From: an uncultured cyanobacterium
GTDB taxonomy: Bacteria; Cyanobacteriota; Cyanobacteriia; Leptolyngbyales; Leptolyngbyaceae
Length of the DNA: 64,000 bases
Assembly: GCA_963766075.1 (NCBI GenBank)
Contig: CAVYAN010000017.1
Location: 101,727 to 165,726, forward strand
Direction of reading: 5' to 3'
The position numbers and the translations under genes are program-made. Positions 29,081-40,203 of this stretch are shown here, piece after piece (position 1 is the stretch's first letter; each line of letters opens with the position of its first letter). The notes under the pieces are model-generated. The model was given only the letters and a program-made list of their open reading frames with translations. It did no database searches and was not told where the DNA came from.

Positions 29081-30034
29081 ATGGAAAAACCGTCAAATTT
29101 ACTGATCAAATTGAGCCAACGACTCTTCTCAAATCCTGAGGAGCAGGCCAGCTTCGTGGATCGATTGGTCCATCCCCAGCCCTTTGCACCCTGTATTGTG
29201 TGGTGCCAGCCCCGCCCGGCGGCCTCCCCTTTTGTATTAGCCGAGGCTGTAGCTTGGCAGCCACACTACGTTGATCGGCTCAGGCTTGACCAAAAACCCG
29301 GAAAACATACATGGCATGATCAAGGGTATTTTTATTGCCTTGATTTCTCTTCAGTTTTTGCTATTTCCGTACTGTCAGTTATTCCAAAGCCCGTTGATAT
29401 TGTTTTAGATATGTGTGCCTCACCCGGTGGCAAAAGCATTTTTGCCGGAGTATGTCTACGACCCCAATTGGTGATTAGTAATGAAGTCATTGGTAAACGG
29501 TTAGGGGCACTTGTTGCTAATTTAAACCGCTGTCGCATTCATCCCGCGATCGCTCTCCACCTGGATTCCAAAGTTTTAGCCGCAATGATACCTCAGACGA
29601 TACCCGTAGTATTAGTTGATGCACCCTGCACCGGGCAGTCTTTGATTGCGAAAGGCAATAAGGCACCGGGCTGTTTTCATCCTGTAACAATTAATAATAA
29701 TGCCAATCGGCAGAAACGGATTCTGGCAAACTCTGCCCAGTTGGTCGCACCCCAGGGCCATTTGGTGTACATGACCTGCGCCTATTCACCGGAAGAAAAT
29801 GAACAGGTTGTGACCTGGCTGCTGGAAAAATTTCCGCAGTTTCAGGCGATTGCGGTCCCCCACTTGGCGGCCTACCAGTCCCATCTAGTAGATTTTCCCT
29901 GCTATCGGATATTTCCACACACTGGGTTGGGGGCAGGCGCATTCACTGCTCTGTTGCAGAATACTGCCACCGGCCTCCGTCAGCCACTGCCCTCAGAACT
30001 TTGGCAGTCCGCAGTTTGGCAGTCTGAAGTTTAG
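29081..30034 (+). CDS. RsmB/NOP2 family RNA m5C methyltransferase
   Basis: LDMCASPGGK, VDAPCTG, YMTCAYSPEENE. Confidence 0.9.
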   Translation: MEKPSNLLIKLSQRLFSNPEEQASFVDRLVHPQPFAPCIVWCQPRPAASPFVLAEAVAWQPHYVDRLRLDQKPGKHTWHDQGYFYCLDFSSVFAISVLSVIPKPVDIVLDMCASPGGKSIFAGVCLRPQLVISNEVIGKRLGALVANLNRCRIHPAIALHLDSKVLAAMIPQTIPVVLVDAPCTGQSLIAKGNKAPGCFHPVTINNNANRQKRILANSAQLVAPQGHLVYMTCAYSPEENEQVVTWLLEKFPQFQAIAVPHLAAYQSHLVDFPCYRIFPHTGLGAGAFTALLQNTATGLRQPLPSELWQSAVWQSEV

Positions 30035-30140
30035 CCACCCGTAGGTTTAGCCACCCACATGCTTAGCCACCCGAATGTGCCGTTGGCTGATAGAGTCCAC
30101 CGGCGGCCAGCGCTGGAGGCAGGCTCCTTGGCAGAAGCTT

Positions 30141-30530
30141 CTAGGATTTAGCACGTTTTGTTGAGGCGCTGCTATCCGGTTGCAGGGCGGCGGCTTGCAG
30201 AAACGTGGCTGCCTGTTGTTGAAGGCGATCGCCAATCTGACCACAGGCCAGTTCGCAAAATTCAAACACCAGCGGATCGGCAATTTCATAATACGCACTG
30301 GTGCCCTTGGCTTGCCGGGTCAAAATTCCAGCTTGGGCCATCACTTTGAGATGTTTAGACAGGTTTGCCTGCCCCAATCCAGTCACCTCACACAGTTCCA
30401 TAACGTTCATCGACCTCGATCTCAGGCATTGCAGGATATGCAATCGGCTGGTTTCCGAGAGAATTTTGAAGTAATCGGCAACGGCTTCCAGTACAGCGAC
30501 AGGAACCAATGGCGGGACGGGTTTTGACAT
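30141..30530 (-). CDS. ArsR/SmtB family regulator
   Basis: FKILSETSRLHIL..QANLSKHLKVM. Confidence 0.9.
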   Translation of the reverse strand: MSKPVPPLVPVAVLEAVADYFKILSETSRLHILQCLRSRSMNVMELCEVTGLGQANLSKHLKVMAQAGILTRQAKGTSAYYEIADPLVFEFCELACGQIGDRLQQQAATFLQAAALQPDSSASTKRAKS

Positions 30531-30633
30531 GAGGCTGAGTGAATGTCGAAGAGGTTCAATGGCTATGTTTATGACTATATAGTAGTTTAGAGTGGTTTGG
30601 TCTCATCGGCTGACGCAGCGGTGAAAACCACGC

Positions 30634-31227
30634 TCACACCGTTTCCTGGGTACCCTGCTCTCGACTCCACCACCATTCCAATAGAACCGCACGGCACTGT
30701 AAACAGTGGAGGGCTTGCAGCAGCGAATAGACTCCGGCAGCGGTAGCAGGGTAGGCGGCGGTCACGAGCGGCGGTGAAACCGATGGAGAATTGTCAAGGT
30801 GGGCCGCAAAACCGTACAGATTCTGATTGGAAAAGGAACTGTTAACAGCCCAACCTGCGGCGCTTAATCGCCTCAATTGCGTGATAGCAGCGGCTTCAAT
30901 GCCTAATTCTCTGACGAGAACGGCGATCGCGGCCTGTTCCGGCGGTTGGCCATTGGCGACGCGACCGCCGGGAAAATCCAAGGTTACCTGGCCAATGCCG
31001 GGACGATAGCAGGGGCTAGGCAGGAGAATGCGATCGTCTTGAATCGGGAGCACAACCACGGAATCAGCTTTTTCAATCCGCCAATATTCCAACAGGTTAC
31101 CTTGAGGGTCTTGCAGGTGTTCGCCAATTAGAGTCATCCAGTGCGAGTGCAATTCCAGGAAGCGATCGCGCACGGGCCAGGGTTGTTCGGCCTGGGGCGG
31201 CGTTTTATTTATATCTGTCATACACAT
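30634..31227 (-). CDS. NUDIX hydrolase
   Basis: YRPGIG..DFPGG..AIAVLVRELG degenerate Nudix box; start uncertain. Confidence 0.75.
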   Translation of the reverse strand: MCMTDINKTPPQAEQPWPVRDRFLELHSHWMTLIGEHLQDPQGNLLEYWRIEKADSVVVLPIQDDRILLPSPCYRPGIGQVTLDFPGGRVANGQPPEQAAIAVLVRELGIEAAAITQLRRLSAAGWAVNSSFSNQNLYGFAAHLDNSPSVSPPLVTAAYPATAAGVYSLLQALHCLQCRAVLLEWWWSREQGTQETV

Positions 31228-31366
31228 CTGTCATATCTGGCCCTGTCATATCTGGCCGGAGTCCTGCTTTTAAGCCTGTCCGAGCAATCTAAGCACGCCC
31301 AAGCAGTCCCAACAAGGCATGAATCAGGCCATGCCAAAAGGACGCATTTAGATACTCTTGATTGAA

Positions 31367-31438
31367 AGCGGGTGAAGAGATTCGAACTCTCGACATCAAC
31401 CTTGGCAAGGTTGCGCTCTACCACTGAGCTACACCCGC
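31367..31438 (-). tRNA. tRNA-Gly (GCC)
   Basis: GCGGGTGTAGCTCAGTGGTAGAGCGCAACCTTGCCAAGGTTGATGTCGAGAGTTCGAATCTCTTCACCCGCT cloverleaf; CCA not encoded. Confidence 0.97.
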
Positions 31439-31601
31439 ATTTAGCGGCGATTCATATATTCGCAAGAAATAGAAGAAGTGTCAACTACTTTCGCAAAATC
31501 AGTAAAGAGCCCCAGAGATAAAAGCTTGGCGCTGTGGACCAGAAGAGGCACGAATAGAGTTTAATGATCTGGTATCAAATGGTTGGACGGGAATCGGTGA
31601 C

Positions 31602-31997
31602 ATGCTGGACCAAATTTGTTTAACGAACATTCGTAGCTATGGCTATACAGGCGCGTTACCCGAAGAACAGATTCTTGGACAGTGGTTTGAAGTAGATGTG
31701 ACGCTGTGGCTTGACCTGTCTCGGGCCGGGGAAAGCGATCGCCTAGAAGATACCCTCAACTACTGCACGATTATTGAACCCATCAAACAACTCATCAGCA
31801 CCACCAAATTTTTCCTGCTCGAGCGTTTGGCCACCGCGATCGCGGAGTTGATCCTTTATCCAGCCTCCCCCCATCCAATTCCTGTACAGCAGGTGCGGGT
31901 GCGCCTGAATAAACCCCACGCCCCCATTCCTGACTTTGACGGCACCATCACCATTGAGTTGACCCGATCTCGCAACTCATTAGATCCCGCAACCTAG
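31602..31997 (+). CDS. folB: Dihydroneopterin aldolase
   Basis: YGYTGALPEEQILGQWFEVD, DTLNY, LLERLA, KPHAPI. Confidence 0.95.
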   Translation: MLDQICLTNIRSYGYTGALPEEQILGQWFEVDVTLWLDLSRAGESDRLEDTLNYCTIIEPIKQLISTTKFFLLERLATAIAELILYPASPHPIPVQQVRVRLNKPHAPIPDFDGTITIELTRSRNSLDPAT

Positions 31998-32503
31998 GGA
32001 TTCCGCAACTCCTGCACCATAGCGTCTAAACGCAACCGGGCAATCTGCGCAATTTCCGCCAGAGCCTGCTGCTGTTCAGCGGCCAAAGAGTTTTCCAAGC
32101 GTTGGGTAAAGGCCGCCAGAATACTGGCCTTGGTCTGGTGCTTAACCGCAATAATGAAGGGGAAACCAAATCGAGCCTTGTAGGCTTGGTTAAGGGCTTG
32201 GAAGCGATCGAATTCCTCGGGTGATAATCGATCCAGCCCCACGCCTGCCTGTTCCTGCACCGAAGCCGTCGCCATTTTGACGCGACTACCAAGGTCTGGA
32301 TGGGCCCGAATCAGCGCCAACTGATCGGCTACAGGCATCTGCTGGACCACCGCTACCATTTTGCGATGAAGGTCGGCTACATCAGCAAAGGGACGCGCTA
32401 GCCAAACCTGTCGGGCGATCGTCGGGGTCTCCTCAAAAATAGCCCCCAAAGCCTCTACAAAAGGCTCCTGGTCCATCTGATTCAGTTCATCAGTGAAGTA
32501 CAT
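31994..32503 (-). CDS. uraD: OHCU decarboxylase
   Basis: LIRAHPDLG, SVQEQAGVGL, YKARFGFPFIIAV, IARLRL. Confidence 0.9.
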   Translation of the reverse strand: MYFTDELNQMDQEPFVEALGAIFEETPTIARQVWLARPFADVADLHRKMVAVVQQMPVADQLALIRAHPDLGSRVKMATASVQEQAGVGLDRLSPEEFDRFQALNQAYKARFGFPFIIAVKHQTKASILAAFTQRLENSLAAEQQQALAEIAQIARLRLDAMVQELRNP

Positions 32504-32688
32504 ACAAGCAGTCCATTCAACAGACGCAACCATTCCATCAGGCACTCAGCCACCGTTCCCAGACGCTGACACCCATCCACTCAGATTACAACAATTACTA
32601 CAACGACAATTACTACAACGTCATCGCGATCCGACCAGCGTCCAGCATCACGCCCAGATACAGGACTTGTGCAGTAACTCTTCCTGGC

Positions 32689-33372
32689 TCAGCTCACCTT
32701 AGCATGCCAAGGCGTCTGTGTCCGCCCGGTAATCGAGCAGGGTGTGGTCATATCATGGGTGGATGACAGTGAGAGGGCCACCCCGTTTTCAACGGGTTGC
32801 AGGGTTTGAGGGTTAAGAATACAAACGCTGGGCTTAGGCAGAGCCACGCCAAAACCATCATCCGGCTCCATATGGCGATGCTGCGAGCGGACAGCCGTGA
32901 TAGTTTGCGGCAACACACCCGCCAAAAGTGCCAGAACTTGGTCCGGCAGACTAACTAAAATCTTGCTATCGAAAAAAGCTTCAAAGCTAAACAGCAATTT
33001 TTCCGCACGCTGAATGGGATTGGGAGAGTCCGCAATCTTTTCTAGCCACCGAATCCATTGAATACGGCGACTGTATGCTTTTTGACGATCTTCATAGGTC
33101 ATGACTGCTACAATTTCTGGACCGCCGATAGCAATCACCGCCGTATAAGGCTGCTCTACTCCCGTAAACACCGCTGCTCCCGGCCCCGCAAATTCCGCAT
33201 GAAAGCGCTGGCAAAGAATCAAGCCACTCTTGCGGTGCTCGCTCACGGCCAGTAGGCGATTGGCCACCACCACGGTGGCCGAGTCCTTTATACTCAGGTG
33301 AGTTTGGGCAATCGGAGAAATCGGGCAACTCACAAACTTAATCCTGCACGTATGAACCCTGGGCCGAAACAT
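32689..33372 (-). CDS. Hypothetical cyanobacterial protein, possibly Crp-like
   Basis: Long ORF with FHAEFAGPGAAV and a putative HTH (LALLAGVLPQTI); start uncertain. Confidence 0.55.
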   Translation of the reverse strand: MFRPRVHTCRIKFVSCPISPIAQTHLSIKDSATVVVANRLLAVSEHRKSGLILCQRFHAEFAGPGAAVFTGVEQPYTAVIAIGGPEIVAVMTYEDRQKAYSRRIQWIRWLEKIADSPNPIQRAEKLLFSFEAFFDSKILVSLPDQVLALLAGVLPQTITAVRSQHRHMEPDDGFGVALPKPSVCILNPQTLQPVENGVALSLSSTHDMTTPCSITGRTQTPWHAKVS

Positions 33373-33685
33373 AACTAGCCAACCGATAGAGGAAGAACAT
33401 CTAGGCCGTGGATTCTTCAGCCCAAAGCTGGATATTCAAGCAAAACCTGCTCCAATAAAGACACCCATAAAATTCCAATGCCAACACTCGGGTGTCAGCA
33501 TCCTAATTAAGTGAATATTATGGTTTATGTCCCACCCATCCTAAAGCAACAAAAAGCAGGCATGGCTCGCACTCGCACCACTTTGCCGAATCTACATGCA
33601 GGTAAAATGAAAACCAAAATTCCATGAAGCTTGTATAAAGTCGGGTTTCCCTCCTCGGCAAGGCTGTGAAGAGTCAAGGAAAAAG

Positions 33686-34176
33686 GAGAAAGAGCAGGAC
33701 ATAAGCCGGGTTCTGTTCCTTTCAGATTCGTCCCGAACTGTATCGCCGAAGCCCTACACCCGTGACATCTCTGAAGGGGGCAATCATCTATCTTGGATGC
33801 CTGTTACCAAGCACCTCCAGCGGACAGGCAGCGCGGGGTGGACCCCACCCTACAGGGAACCGGAAAAAGACCAACCTTGGTTCCACGGCCTTGCTTCCAA
33901 CCGGGGTTTACCGAGCCAGCACCTCTCGATGCTGCTGGTGCGCTCTTACCACACCTTTGCACCCTTACCAGAGAATTAAAAATGACATGTTAAAAATTAA
34001 AAATGAGATTTTTAATTTTGCATTTTGCATTTTTAATTCCCTTCGGCGGTATCTTTCTGTGGCACTATCCTCACGATCGCTCGCACTGGGCGTTACCCAG
34101 CAAGTCTGGTCTTTGGGAAGCCCGGACTTTCCTCAGATGGAAACCCATCCGTGATCGCCTGCGCCTACTCTTTCTC
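33686..34176 (-). ncRNA. rnpB: RNase P RNA (type A) with AT-rich P12 insertion
   Basis: GAGGAAAGTCCGGGCT, AGTGCCACAGAAA, GGGTGCAAAGGTGTGGTAAGAGCGCAC, ACAGAACCCGGCTTAT; termini pair. Confidence 0.97.
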
Positions 34177-34271
34177 ACGTTCTAGTTTAGTGGGGAACCG
34201 GGCAGGCAAGTTTAGATTTTAGCCTCACGCTGTGGGATCAACCCCCTCCAGGCTATGAGCTACAACCAGAT

Positions 34272-34970
34272 TCATGCCAAATCAAACAGCATGACCGAGG
34301 CATTGGTGTGGGCTTGCAGGGTGAACCCGTTGGCGTCACTGATGGCGACGGCATCCCCCGCGTGTAGTCCCGTACCCTCTATATCCACATCTCCTGCAAT
34401 CACCTGAACCCAAGCATGGCGCTGGAGATGCAACGCATAGTCGCAGGATTCTCCCGACTGCAATGCCGTAACATAAATTTCTACATCCTGGTGAATTTTC
34501 ACTGTATCGGCACTGGGAGTCCGACTCGCAAACTTCCGCCACTGCCCTTGCTGGGTTTCCAAAGGAAACTCCTTTTGCTCGTAGCTCGGAGACAACCCCT
34601 GAGTATCAGGCAAAATCCAAATTTGTAAGAGATGCACCGGATCGATGGCAGACGGATTAAATTCACTGTGGGTAACGCCAGTTCCCGCTGAAAACCGCTG
34701 CACGCCCTGAGCACCAATCCTTTCCGTGTTCCCAAGGCTGTCTCGATGAGCCAAAGAGCCTGAAATGATGTAGGAAATAATTTCCATATCCCGATGGGAA
34801 TGGGTCGGAAAGCCTTTGCCAGGAGCAATAATATCCTCATTAATCACCCGCAGATTACGAAACCCCATATGACGAGGATCCTGGTAGCTGGCAAAGGAAA
34901 AGCTGTGGTGTGAAGTGAGCCAACCATGCTCTGCGTGGCCGCGATCGCAACCACGTCGAATCGTTAACAT
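34272..34970 (-). CDS. Pirin family protein
   Basis: HSFSFASY, LRVINED, HSHRDMEI, AGTGVTHSE, LLQIWI. Confidence 0.95.
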   Translation of the reverse strand: MLTIRRGCDRGHAEHGWLTSHHSFSFASYQDPRHMGFRNLRVINEDIIAPGKGFPTHSHRDMEIISYIISGSLAHRDSLGNTERIGAQGVQRFSAGTGVTHSEFNPSAIDPVHLLQIWILPDTQGLSPSYEQKEFPLETQQGQWRKFASRTPSADTVKIHQDVEIYVTALQSGESCDYALHLQRHAWVQVIAGDVDIEGTGLHAGDAVAISDANGFTLQAHTNASVMLFDLA

Positions 34971-35069
34971 AAATTTTATCCCTCAAATTTTTATCGAATA
35001 TGCGAACCCTGCTTCTTGTACAACCTCCTACTTTTAACCCAAGGCTCTTGGGCGATATGTCACCCACAC

Positions 35070-35142
35070 AATTCCGCGAACTCAATACGATTCTGCGAAC
35101 TCAATACGATTCTGCGAACTCGATGTGATTCCGCAAACTCAA
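35070..35142. repeat. 19-bp tandem repeat (ATTCTGCGAACTCAATACG, about 3.8 copies)
   Basis: Directly visible in the divergent intergenic region. Confidence 0.8.
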
Positions 35143-35419
35143 CTTTCCAGCCTTTAGCCTTTGAACTCAAGCGCTACAGCTACGCTATCACAGGAACTGT
35201 TTGAGTACAAACAAAACCATAACCATGCGCTTCTGGATCAATTTTGGTGATCCATGGGCTTGAAAGGTGGTCCCAGCCCCGCTCAATGTAGCGTTCAAGC
35301 GTTTACCCACCTTTTTTCCTACTTCTGGATGCCCTCATCAACTGGCGTTCCGTCACACTGGAAAAATCGCTGTCCCGGCTACAGAACTCCCCGGATCGAG
35401 CACCGAGCACCGCGCAACC

Positions 35420-36943
35420 ATGCACACTCTTCAGAAAACCCATCCGAAATTTCTAGAACTCCGCCAGCACTTGTTGGAAATTAATGACCTGGATGCGGCT
35501 GCCTCACTGTTGTATTGGGATCAAGCGACCTACATGCCCGCAGGCGGCACTGCAGCCCGCAGTCGCCAGTTGGCAACCCTGCAACAAATCGCCCACGAAA
35601 AATTAATCGATGGTCGAATTACCCGCCTCCTGGATGATCTGGAACCCTATCAAGCAGATCTCCCCTACGACAGCGACGAAGCCAGTTTGCTACGTCTCAC
35701 GCGGCGCATTCACGCTCAATCCACCCAGGTGCCCGCGTCTTTTATGGCAGACCTGTCCCGTCTACGGACTCAATGCTACCAACACTGGGCCCAAGCCAGG
35801 GAGGAAAACAACTTTGCCAGAGTACAGGCCGATCTCGAACACATGCTCGACCTGAGTCGGGCGTGGTCTAACTTCTTCCCGGGATCCAGCCACATTGCGG
35901 ACCCCCTGATTGATTTATCCGACCATGGCTTCACCACCACCACCCTGCGCCCTCTGTTCACAGCATTGCGGGATCACTTAGTTCCCGTAGTCACCGCCAT
36001 TCTGGAGCAACCCCTGCCAGATGATAGCTGTCTTCATCGAGGGTTTCCCGAACCGGGACAATGGGCCTTTGGCATTCATGTGATTCAATGCCTCGGTTAT
36101 GATTTGCGCCGGGGACGGCAGGACAAAACCCTGCACCCATTTATGACTAATTTCTCGATTCACGATGTCCGGATTACCACCCGGATTTACGAGCATGATT
36201 TGAGCCAAGGGTTGTTCAGCACGATTCACGAAATGGGCCACGCTCTCTATGAGCAAGGCAATGATCCCCGGTTTGAAGGCACCCCATTGGCGGGTGGCAT
36301 CTCCTCCGGCGTGCACGAGAGCCAGTCCCGGCTTTGGGAAAACTTGGTGGGGCGATCGCACCCATTTTGGACTCACTTCTATCCTCAGTTGCAAGCCACC
36401 TTTCCCCAGCAATTAGGGGATGTCGATCTTGACACCTTTTATCGCGCTATTAATAAAGTCACCCGTAGCCTGATCCGCACCGATGCCGATGAAGTCACCT
36501 ACAACCTGCACGCCCTGATTCGCTTTGATCTAGAACTGGATTTATTAGAAGGCAATCTAGCGGTGCGCGATTTGCCCGCAGCTTGGAACGCCCGCTATGC
36601 TGCCGATCTCGGGGTGATTCCCAACAGCGACAACGAGGGCGTGTTGCAGGATGTCCATTGGTACACCGGCCAAATCGGGGGAATGTTCCAAGGCTATATT
36701 CTAGGCAATTTGATGAGTGCCCAATTCTGGGAAGCACTCGTGGCTGAAAACCCAGAAATCCATTCCCAATGGGCACAGGGCGATTTTGGCCCCTTACACC
36801 ACTGGCTCCGTTCAAATATCTACCGCCATGGCCGCAAGTATACCGCTGGGGAATTAATGGAACGTGTTACAGGCAAACCCCTGAGCATTGCCCCCTTAAT
36901 GCGCCATATTCACCAAAAGTACGGTCAACTCTATAACCTATAG
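35420..36943 (+). CDS. Carboxypeptidase, M32 family
   Basis: HPF, DVRITT, HEMGH, HESQS, IRTDADE, QDVHW. Confidence 0.95.
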   Translation: MHTLQKTHPKFLELRQHLLEINDLDAAASLLYWDQATYMPAGGTAARSRQLATLQQIAHEKLIDGRITRLLDDLEPYQADLPYDSDEASLLRLTRRIHAQSTQVPASFMADLSRLRTQCYQHWAQAREENNFARVQADLEHMLDLSRAWSNFFPGSSHIADPLIDLSDHGFTTTTLRPLFTALRDHLVPVVTAILEQPLPDDSCLHRGFPEPGQWAFGIHVIQCLGYDLRRGRQDKTLHPFMTNFSIHDVRITTRIYEHDLSQGLFSTIHEMGHALYEQGNDPRFEGTPLAGGISSGVHESQSRLWENLVGRSHPFWTHFYPQLQATFPQQLGDVDLDTFYRAINKVTRSLIRTDADEVTYNLHALIRFDLELDLLEGNLAVRDLPAAWNARYAADLGVIPNSDNEGVLQDVHWYTGQIGGMFQGYILGNLMSAQFWEALVAENPEIHSQWAQGDFGPLHHWLRSNIYRHGRKYTAGELMERVTGKPLSIAPLMRHIHQKYGQLYNL

Positions 36944-37576
36944 AGCACCCTAAACACATGCGCTCTGGACACTGTCCATCACCTTAGATCAGCCCTGCCA
37001 AAATCTCTTTCTGGGGTTTCCGGAATCACGGCCATGGCTTGTGTATCACTTCATTAACCCAGCATTAAGCTTTCCATCGGCGGAATGACGGGAGTTCCTC
37101 AAAGTTCTATGATTGGATCATGGATGTTGAGGATGCTCTTCATTAGTCCAGTTTGTCTTTCTGTCGCTGTTCCTAAAAACCATTGCCGTGGATGTTTTAG
37201 GATTTTATCGCTTTGCAGTGAATGTGACAGTTGGCCGATTAGGCTAGATTGCCCTTCCCTCCGTAAGTGCTTTCTCAATAAGCTCTACACTCTTAGTTAA
37301 TGCTCTTAGTTTCAGTGACCTGTCGTCCGTAACTTTCTCAGGCTTGATCGATTTGGCTCTGATCAATTCAGTCCTGAGTGAGCGCTTCCTGTTTAGGAAC
37401 CTCCTCACAGAGGTGTGACTTAACTCCTCCTTTCTGCTGTAGCGTTGCTGAATTAGTTATGTGGGTTCACTTGATTCCTACAGATTGTTCGGTGTTGCTA
37501 CAGCACACGCATCTGTCCTATGGATAGGGCCATTATTTTTTAACTTCTTATTAACGCAGCAGGGGGAATATCTAAA

Positions 37577-38128
37577 GTGCACTACTCATTGCGGTCTTTT
37601 CGCGCCATCGGCTCCCATGTCTTGAATCACTTCAATCAGGTCTGTGTGAGTACCGTTGCGGCCAGTCTAGCCATGCTTAGCTTTTCCGTGGCCAGTGCTA
37701 ACCCAGCCACCACTCCCCAGTTGCACCGGGTAGAGGGTGCCCAGTCTGCCAGCCCGATGCCAGTGAATGCGGCGCTGGCAGATGGCATCTATCTGTATGG
37801 GCAGTCCCAGCAACGGGAACAGTTGGGGCAGGGCTACTTCATCTTTGAGGTGAACCAGGGCAACGTAATGGGGGCGCTGTATATGCCGCGATCGTCCTTT
37901 GACTGTGCTTCGGGTAAGTTCGATGGGCAACAGTTGGCGCTGACCGTGGTGAATAGCTACGATCGCACCACTAATCCCTTTGCCATTGCCCTCGACACCA
38001 CCTCCACTGTGGCTTCAGCCCAGAATCCGTCCCTCAAGCAGATTGGTTTGCAAGGGTTTCATCCGTTGACAATCGCCGCCAGCGATCGCCACATGCTCAG
38101 CGTGTGCAAGGCCGATTTGCAAAAATAA
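37577..38128 (+). CDS. Hypothetical secreted cyanobacterial protein
   Basis: Signal-like N-terminus; DGIYLYGQS..GALYMPRSSFDC. Confidence 0.7.
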   Translation: MHYSLRSFRAIGSHVLNHFNQVCVSTVAASLAMLSFSVASANPATTPQLHRVEGAQSASPMPVNAALADGIYLYGQSQQREQLGQGYFIFEVNQGNVMGALYMPRSSFDCASGKFDGQQLALTVVNSYDRTTNPFAIALDTTSTVASAQNPSLKQIGLQGFHPLTIAASDRHMLSVCKADLQK

Positions 38129-38859
38129 GCGCGAACGCTGCTGACACCCCATTAAATCGATGGCGGCACCCCGTAGAAGCGCAGCCACTCCCCAGCACTT
38201 TTTCATATTTTTCCCGTATTTCTGATGTTTCAATCCCCTTAACCCCAAGGAGGATGGACAACACAAAGTACGGGAATTTTTTAAGTGATTTTTTGAGCAT
38301 TGGGAGCAGATTGGTTGCAGTGGGATAAAGATAACCATTGGAATAGGGGTAAACGACGGTAGACCTTCACCTTGTTTCATGACCGCCGAGCAAACGGAAT
38401 ATCGAAAGAGCCGAGCAAACGGAATATCGAAAGGATTGGCGATCGCCTCTGACTTTCAAAGGGCAATTTGGCGGCGGCATCGAAACCGATCGAGAATTTA
38501 CCCAGGCAGATCCCATCAATACCATTCAAACAGAGTAATATTTTATACCGGATTATTGGCTAAAGAATTGGCTGAAAAACCTCCCTCCAAACGCTGAATC
38601 GAAGAAAAATAGCGCCCTTACTCAGATCACAAATTTTCGTGATCTAAGTCACATAGCCTATTCCCAATACTTCTGGCTAATGGTATGCGCCCAGAGCCAA
38701 AGCGGATAACCCCACCTTGACATGCACTGCTATTCGGTATGGTGCGTCAAATATTCAGTATCAAATTAGACTTAAAAATAAAGTTTTGATTCTGTATCGC
38801 TACTTAAGGGAAGACTAAGCGTAATAGACTCATCCGATTCTCCTTACTGAATAGATTGC

Positions 38860-40203
38860 ATGGTTAATCCCAAAGACACCGTTCAGGCTCTACGCCAAGC
38901 CTTGGACTTCTCGCCCGACAATTTGCCCCTCCGCCAGCACCTAGCCGACTCCCTGCTCAGTCTAGGGCAAGCGGCAGATGCCGAGCTTGAATATCGCTAT
39001 GCGCTGAACTTAGCCCCTGCCGATCCGGATATCCGTCTGGGCTTGGCCAAGTCGTTTTACCAACAGGGCAAACACTCCCAGGCCCTGGTATTAGTCGAAG
39101 GCCTGCTCAAAGACGATGTTTCAGCGGGGGCTTACCTCCTCCATGCCCGACTGCTGCTGAATCTGGGTGCGGCCCAAACCGCCGCCCAACAGTACCAAAG
39201 CGGTGTGGATCTGGACCCAACCCTACAGGATCCAGAGTTGGCAGAACGCCTGGGCATTAGTCTATCTCCCCCCGATACCATGCCGCTCTTGGCCCAAACG
39301 TCAGAAGCGCTTTTCCCGCCAGCATCCTGCCGAATGCCCAGTCATGTCGAACATCCCGCCATTACGTTTGCGGATATTGGCGGCATGGAAGCCCTCAAAG
39401 AAGAAATCCGCTTGAAGATTATTTACCCCATGCAGCATCCGGACATGTATCGGATGTATGGCAAAACCATTGGGGGCGGCATGCTGCTCTATGGGCCACC
39501 GGGCTGTGGCAAAACCCATTTAGCCCGAGCCACGGCAGGGGAAATTCAGGCGAGTTTCCTGGCTGTGGGCATCAACGATGTCCTCGATCTTTGGCTGGGC
39601 AAGAGCGAACGGAACCTGCATGATTTGTTTGAGCAAGCGCGGCGGCATCAGCCCTGTGTGCTGTTTTTTGATGAGGTAGATGCGCTGGCCGCAAACCGCA
39701 GCGATCTGCGGCACAGTGGGGGGCGACAGTTAGTCAATCAGTTTTTAGTGGAACTGGATGGGGTACAGCATAACAATGAAGGCGTCCTGGTGTTGGCGGC
39801 AACGAATGCGCCTTGGCACTTGGATACGGCGTTTCGCCGTCCCGGACGGTTTGACCGAATTTTGTTTGTAGCTCCGCCGGATGCTCAAGCCCGTGCCGCC
39901 ATTCTGCGGTTGCTCTGTCGAGGCAAGCCGGTTCAAGATATTGACTTTGATTACTTAAGTCAACAGACAGAAAATCTGTCAGGGGCCGATTTAGCAGCAT
40001 TGGTCGATCGCGCCGTGGAGCAGAAACTCCAGCAAGCTATGAAAACCGGGATTCCCCAGCCCTTAACGACCCATGATTTAGCCACTGTAGCGACTACTCT
40101 GAAGCCTTCGACTCGGGAATGGTTTGCGGCAGCGCGGAACTATGCGCTCTATGCCAATCAGGGCGGATTGTACGATGACGTTTTGAAATATACGCAGGTA
40201 TAA
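38860..40203 (+). CDS. AAA ATPase with N-terminal TPR region
   Basis: GPPGCGKT, FFDEVD, ATNAPW, RPGRFDR. Confidence 0.9.
   Translation: MVNPKDTVQALRQALDFSPDNLPLRQHLADSLLSLGQAADAELEYRYALNLAPADPDIRLGLAKSFYQQGKHSQALVLVEGLLKDDVSAGAYLLHARLLLNLGAAQTAAQQYQSGVDLDPTLQDPELAERLGISLSPPDTMPLLAQTSEALFPPASCRMPSHVEHPAITFADIGGMEALKEEIRLKIIYPMQHPDMYRMYGKTIGGGMLLYGPPGCGKTHLARATAGEIQASFLAVGINDVLDLWLGKSERNLHDLFEQARRHQPCVLFFDEVDALAANRSDLRHSGGRQLVNQFLVELDGVQHNNEGVLVLAATNAPWHLDTAFRRPGRFDRILFVAPPDAQARAAILRLLCRGKPVQDIDFDYLSQQTENLSGADLAALVDRAVEQKLQQAMKTGIPQPLTTHDLATVATTLKPSTREWFAAARNYALYANQGGLYDDVLKYTQV

Noticed and set aside
31367..31438. tRNA-anchored genomic island
   Set aside because: No integrase nearby and no duplicated tRNA 3' end noticed.
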